Shown piece by piece: positions 16,242-19,615 of a DNA stretch of 19,615 nucleotides. Each line of letters begins with the position of its first letter. Position 1 is the first letter of the stretch. Under the pieces are notes generated by a model. It was not told the origin of the DNA. It made no database searches and worked only from the letters and a program-made list of their open reading frames with translations. The DNA comes from Bdellovibrionales bacterium (lineage in GTDB: Bacteria; Bdellovibrionota; Bdellovibrionia; Bdellovibrionales; DASUEL01): positions 1 through 19,615 of the forward strand of contig JBFWOZ010000048.1 of assembly GCA_050250255.1 (NCBI GenBank). The letters are read 5' to 3'. Position numbers and translations under genes: made by a program.

Positions 16242-17069
16242 TTAATACGTCTTTTCAGTCACGGCAATTCCGCCCCGGCCGTCACGGGTAACCGCGAGAA
16301 TTCTTACCCGACCAGCAGTATAAGTCGTGGGTGGAGAATATGACACTACATCCGTTCCTAATGTACGGTCGCGCTTTAAACTTCCCTCAGTAATAAACCA
16401 AGTTGTCTGCAAGATTTCTGTCTTAGCAGTCGTACTGCCATCACTATTCGCTACGCTAAAAGTTTCCGTAGCGGTTGTAGGATAAGTCAGTGACAAATTA
16501 AACGTGGTCGTAGGAAGTGTCGTCAGAGTTTGGCCATTGGAGAGAAGACTGAGGCTGGTGGGGTGTGCATTCTTTGGTGTTTTTGTGGAGACTACAATTC
16601 GCGTAAAACTTTGTAAGGATTTTTCTCCTGTGGCAGTCACGGTATAAGTCACAAGATAACCAACGCCGTTGTAAAGTGCTTGAGAACTTCGACCCGCAAA
16701 AATTTCCCCTGAACTTGGAATCGTCACCGAAAAAGTATTCACCGCGCCGGTGTAGCTAGGAGCTGCGAGGCCAGTCACCGTGGTGTTCGTCGCAATCACG
16801 GTGCGAGTGGCTGAGCCATCACATGTCGGAGTCGCACCATAATCAATTCCTGGATCATGGCAACGAACGGCGGTGTAGGTGAGAGTGCGGCCAGCTCCGT
16901 AAATATCGCTGACGTAGGGAGTGATGGTCACCGTGGCGCCGGGATCTACCTCGGCACTGCTGGGTACAAGTGCCATGACCCGAAGTCGATCAAGATTTGT
17001 GTACCTAGGCATATCGTCGGAGTTACAAGCGCCAAGTAATGTAAGAATCGGTATCAAAAGATAAAACAT
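16242..17069 (-). CDS. Thr-rich beta-strand lipoprotein partnered with the TonB-dependent receptor
   Basis: Lipobox LLGAC after MFYLLIPILT. ATG 17069 lies 1 nt after the receptor stop. Ig-like, Thr/Val-rich composition. Confidence 0.85.
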   Translation of the reverse strand: MFYLLIPILTLLGACNSDDMPRYTNLDRLRVMALVPSSAEVDPGATVTITPYVSDIYGAGRTLTYTAVRCHDPGIDYGATPTCDGSATRTVIATNTTVTGLAAPSYTGAVNTFSVTIPSSGEIFAGRSSQALYNGVGYLVTYTVTATGEKSLQSFTRIVVSTKTPKNAHPTSLSLLSNGQTLTTLPTTTFNLSLTYPTTATETFSVANSDGSTTAKTEILQTTWFITEGSLKRDRTLGTDVVSYSPPTTYTAGRVRILAVTRDGRGGIAVTEKTY

Positions 17070-17070
17070 T

Positions 17071-19344
17071 TTAGAATTCACCTTTCACCCCCAGAGTGGG
17101 AAATATTGGAAGACCTGTGATTGTAGCCTTAGATGAATAATCGTAAGAGTAGCGGATGGATTCAGCATTTTTTTGGCTTGAGATGTTTTGAATATCTAAA
17201 TAAGCCCAAAGGATCCAAGTGTCATAAACCCATTTTTTATCTGCGCGAAGATCGAGCTGAAAGAAAGGCTCAAGACGCTCTGAAAAATAGGGTCCACGTA
17301 CAGGAATGTAAACGTCATTGTCAGAATCATAAATCCCACCTACAACCGGTGTGGTGGGATTTCCGGTAACGTATCTCGCACGTGAGGAAAGTTTCCAGTT
17401 GCGTGGGAAATCGTAACTCACGAGTAAGTTGATGTTATGTGTTTGGTCATATTGAAAAGGGTATTCCGACTGCCCAGGATTCGTACGAAAGCTACGAGAA
17501 AGAGTGTAGGAGAGCCAGCCCATCCAAGGGTCTGACTCTAATCTCAAGAGCATCTCGGCGCCGTATGCGCGGCCTTCGCCTTTGTTATTATATTTTTCAG
17601 CGACTAGGACTCCGTCGCGCACAGTGTAGTCACTTGAACTCACAACCAAGTTCTCAAATTTTTTATAAAAGAGATTAGTGGAAGCAATAAAACCGCGAGA
17701 GCCGCTACGGAAATCTTTTTCGGTTCCGATCATCCCGTGCCAGGCACGAGGGGAGCGAACGGCTGGATTCCCAAAGGTTGAGTCGGTCTCTTGTGGTTGC
17801 GGCGGCTGATAATAAAGACCTAGTGAAGAATAAAAATTCCACGTGTCCGTCAGCTCATAGCGAGCGGCTATGCGTGGTGCCGGTAAAAACTCTTTCGTAG
17901 GGGCAAAATAATCCGCACGAAGCGCTGGCGAAAGTGTCCAGGGAGTTTCTGAAAGCTTGATGTCATTTTTCCAATATGTGCCGATATAATTTAATTTCGA
18001 CGTGATATTGGCTTCTTGAGTGTCATTGGAAGAAACCGGATTATTCACTCCACCAGAGCTTGAAAAAGCAGGAAGGCGAATATTGAGAACGCTACTATAA
18101 TAGCGATTGTCGATCCCAATTTTACTTTCCCAATTTTCTTTAATTTTGTGTTTGTAATGTCCACGAACAGAAACGGCGGTGCTGTTTAATTTAAAATATT
18201 GATCTCCAATGTCGATGTTGAATTGATCTTTTCCGGCGCCAATAGAAAGATGTGTTGCGCGATTCTCATCAATTTTGTGATTCCACTGTGGAATGAGTCG
18301 ATAGAAGTTCGTCTCGCTTGTGAAGTTCCCGCGAATGGCCGGATCAGTGCGTAAGGGTTCGTTGAGAACAAAAGCGAGTTTGTCCCGTGAGGCAATTCCC
18401 ACGACTTTCACTTCATCTTTTTCTGTAGGTTTAGTCGCGTAGATCCCGGTGAAATCTGAAAATTGTGGAGCGACAGTTAAGTTGAGCTGATCATTATCTT
18501 TAAAAAGAGTTTTGATGACTTCGCCGATGTAACTATAACGACCACTCAAAAGCAGCGAACCTTTTTCTCCGACAGGGCCTTCGTACAAACCACCGGCCTT
18601 AGAGGTGTCCATGAACGCATGCCCCTGCCAGCGATCATTTTTTGGAGTGCGAGTGATAAGACCCACTTGTCCACCCATCGCCCGACCGTACTCACTTCCA
18701 TAACCAGCTGAGAAATAATCAACACGCTCTACTGCTTCAGGTGTAAGAACCGAAGTAAGGCCTCCAAAGTGAAAAATAATAGGCACTTCATGTTCATCGA
18801 GTAAGTAGCGAGTGTCTTGCGGAGAAGAACCTTGAATAATCACTTGTGAAGAAAAACCCGCCGCGCGATTTACACCGGGTAAATTCTGTACTGCCTTGAC
18901 GGGATCACCGTTAGCTCCAGGCATGGTAGCGACTTGGGAAGCTTTTAATGTGCGAACTGTTTGATCTTCTTTTTTAGCTTTACCGACAATTGTGGTCTCA
19001 AAAGCTTGGTAACTTTGTTTTTCCAGATAAAGCGAAATCAGTTCGTTAACCGCGTGAGCTTGTATTTCGTCATCCAATTCCAAGCGCTGATAATTCGGCG
19101 AATTCACCACCCATTGCATTTTCCCAACAGGTACTTGTTCAAATCGAAAGCGGCCTTTCGCGTCGGTTGTCGCTTTGAGTTTGTGAGGTAAAATAAAAAT
19201 ATTCGTATCTGCGAGCGGTTTTTTAGTTCCGCGTTCTAGGAGGCGTCCTTCAATTAAAACGTTGGTTGTTGGAGGAGCTTCGGTTTGCGCAACACTTAAA
19301 CTCGGTACACAAAACAAAATATATATGAGCCATTGCTTTATCAT
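17071..19344 (-). CDS. TonB-dependent outer-membrane receptor with N-terminal carboxypeptidase-regulatory-like domain
   Basis: Signal peptide, then IEGRLLERGTKKPL...TDAKGRFRF domain. Plug motifs DPVKAVQNLPGV and YGRAMGG; barrel motifs GRAYGAE..L and GWLSYTLSRS; C-terminal Phe (GVKGEF). Start is ATG 19344 or GTG 19353. Confidence 0.93.
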   Translation of the reverse strand: MIKQWLIYILFCVPSLSVAQTEAPPTTNVLIEGRLLERGTKKPLADTNIFILPHKLKATTDAKGRFRFEQVPVGKMQWVVNSPNYQRLELDDEIQAHAVNELISLYLEKQSYQAFETTIVGKAKKEDQTVRTLKASQVATMPGANGDPVKAVQNLPGVNRAAGFSSQVIIQGSSPQDTRYLLDEHEVPIIFHFGGLTSVLTPEAVERVDYFSAGYGSEYGRAMGGQVGLITRTPKNDRWQGHAFMDTSKAGGLYEGPVGEKGSLLLSGRYSYIGEVIKTLFKDNDQLNLTVAPQFSDFTGIYATKPTEKDEVKVVGIASRDKLAFVLNEPLRTDPAIRGNFTSETNFYRLIPQWNHKIDENRATHLSIGAGKDQFNIDIGDQYFKLNSTAVSVRGHYKHKIKENWESKIGIDNRYYSSVLNIRLPAFSSSGGVNNPVSSNDTQEANITSKLNYIGTYWKNDIKLSETPWTLSPALRADYFAPTKEFLPAPRIAARYELTDTWNFYSSLGLYYQPPQPQETDSTFGNPAVRSPRAWHGMIGTEKDFRSGSRGFIASTNLFYKKFENLVVSSSDYTVRDGVLVAEKYNNKGEGRAYGAEMLLRLESDPWMGWLSYTLSRSFRTNPGQSEYPFQYDQTHNINLLVSYDFPRNWKLSSRARYVTGNPTTPVVGGIYDSDNDVYIPVRGPYFSERLEPFFQLDLRADKKWVYDTWILWAYLDIQNISSQKNAESIRYSYDYSSKATITGLPIFPTLGVKGEF

Positions 19345-19351
19345 CCGCAAC

Positions 19352-19380
19352 ACTTTCGCTTACAGGCTATGTAGGGTCAA
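19352..19380 (-). promoter_or_regulatory. Candidate promoter for the TonB receptor operon
   Basis: TTGACC (19380-19375), 17 nt, GAAAGT (19357-19352), then 7 nt to ATG 19344. The -10 element is weak. Confidence 0.3.
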
Positions 19381-19501
19381 GAATGCATAAGCTCATGACG
19401 CATGACTGCCTCCGCAGGGGAGTGAATGTTGTGAGTCGAACGCACTCTTGCCTTACCTTTCTCTTGCTAGCCTGGAGTCATCCATCCGTCTATGAAGAAG
19501 T

Positions 19502-19550
19502 CGGTCAAGTAAATAAACTTTGGCCTCTGCAGACTTTTTATTTACTGCCG
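19502..19550. other. Long imperfect inverted repeat / hairpin
   Basis: agtaaataaa ... tttatttact (10-bp perfect core) flanked by cgg/ccg, with an inner GUCU-GCAG-AGGC hairpin on the minus strand. Confidence 0.45.
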
Positions 19551-19615
19551 TTTTGGGTCTTCGGGTGGGTTGTTAAGTCAGGGCTTCTCATTTTTTATCC
19601 GTTCTTTATCAGTAC

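Noticed and set aside
19428..19447. GTTCGACTC on the minus strand resembling a tRNA T-loop
   Set aside because: No proper T-stem, acceptor stem or cloverleaf can be formed.
19354..19615. Cobalamin riboswitch upstream of the TonB receptor
   Set aside because: The conserved B12-box elements (AGGGAA, GCCACTG, GGGAAG, AGCCAG) were not found in the expected order on the minus strand.
19383..19615. + strand frames open to the window end (MHKLMTHD..., or TTG-started MLSQGFSFFIRSLSV)
   Set aside because: Truncated and without recognisable motifs. They cannot be distinguished from the shadow of a minus-strand gene end.
1..19615. CRISPR array, rRNA, tRNA or tandem REP clusters, and the remaining short (60-103 aa) nested ORFs in the track
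   Set aside because: No regularly spaced direct repeats or RNA-gene consensus was seen by eye. The short ORFs lie within well-supported genes in alternate frames.

Overview
A gene-dense bacterial chromosomal window. Gene content and protein style suggest a Bdellovibrionota/Oligoflexia-like organism, but that is inference only. In order it holds: the 3' end of a DMT/EamA transporter; a compact structured element with two AAGGAY hairpin loops (minus strand, CsrA/RsmA-sponge-like); a stand-alone HUH/Y1 tyrosine transposase (RAYT/TnpA-like); an AT-rich secreted 618-aa hypothetical; a minus-strand pair of ampG and a membrane-anchored MutS domain-V ATPase; a ~1200-aa exported polytopic membrane hypothetical; a translationally coupled pip + two short-chain chromate-transporter operon; an Slt-type lytic transglycosylase lipoprotein; thymidine kinase followed by a 26-aa membrane micro-ORF; two tandem paralogous secreted hypotheticals; and a TonB-dependent receptor + Thr-rich lipoprotein pair with a structured upstream region. 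The most interesting signals are the GGA-loop RNA beside the Y1 transposase, the paralogous secreted pair, the giant membrane protein and repeated leaderless-type promoter architecture. No CRISPR array, rRNA or tRNA was seen.
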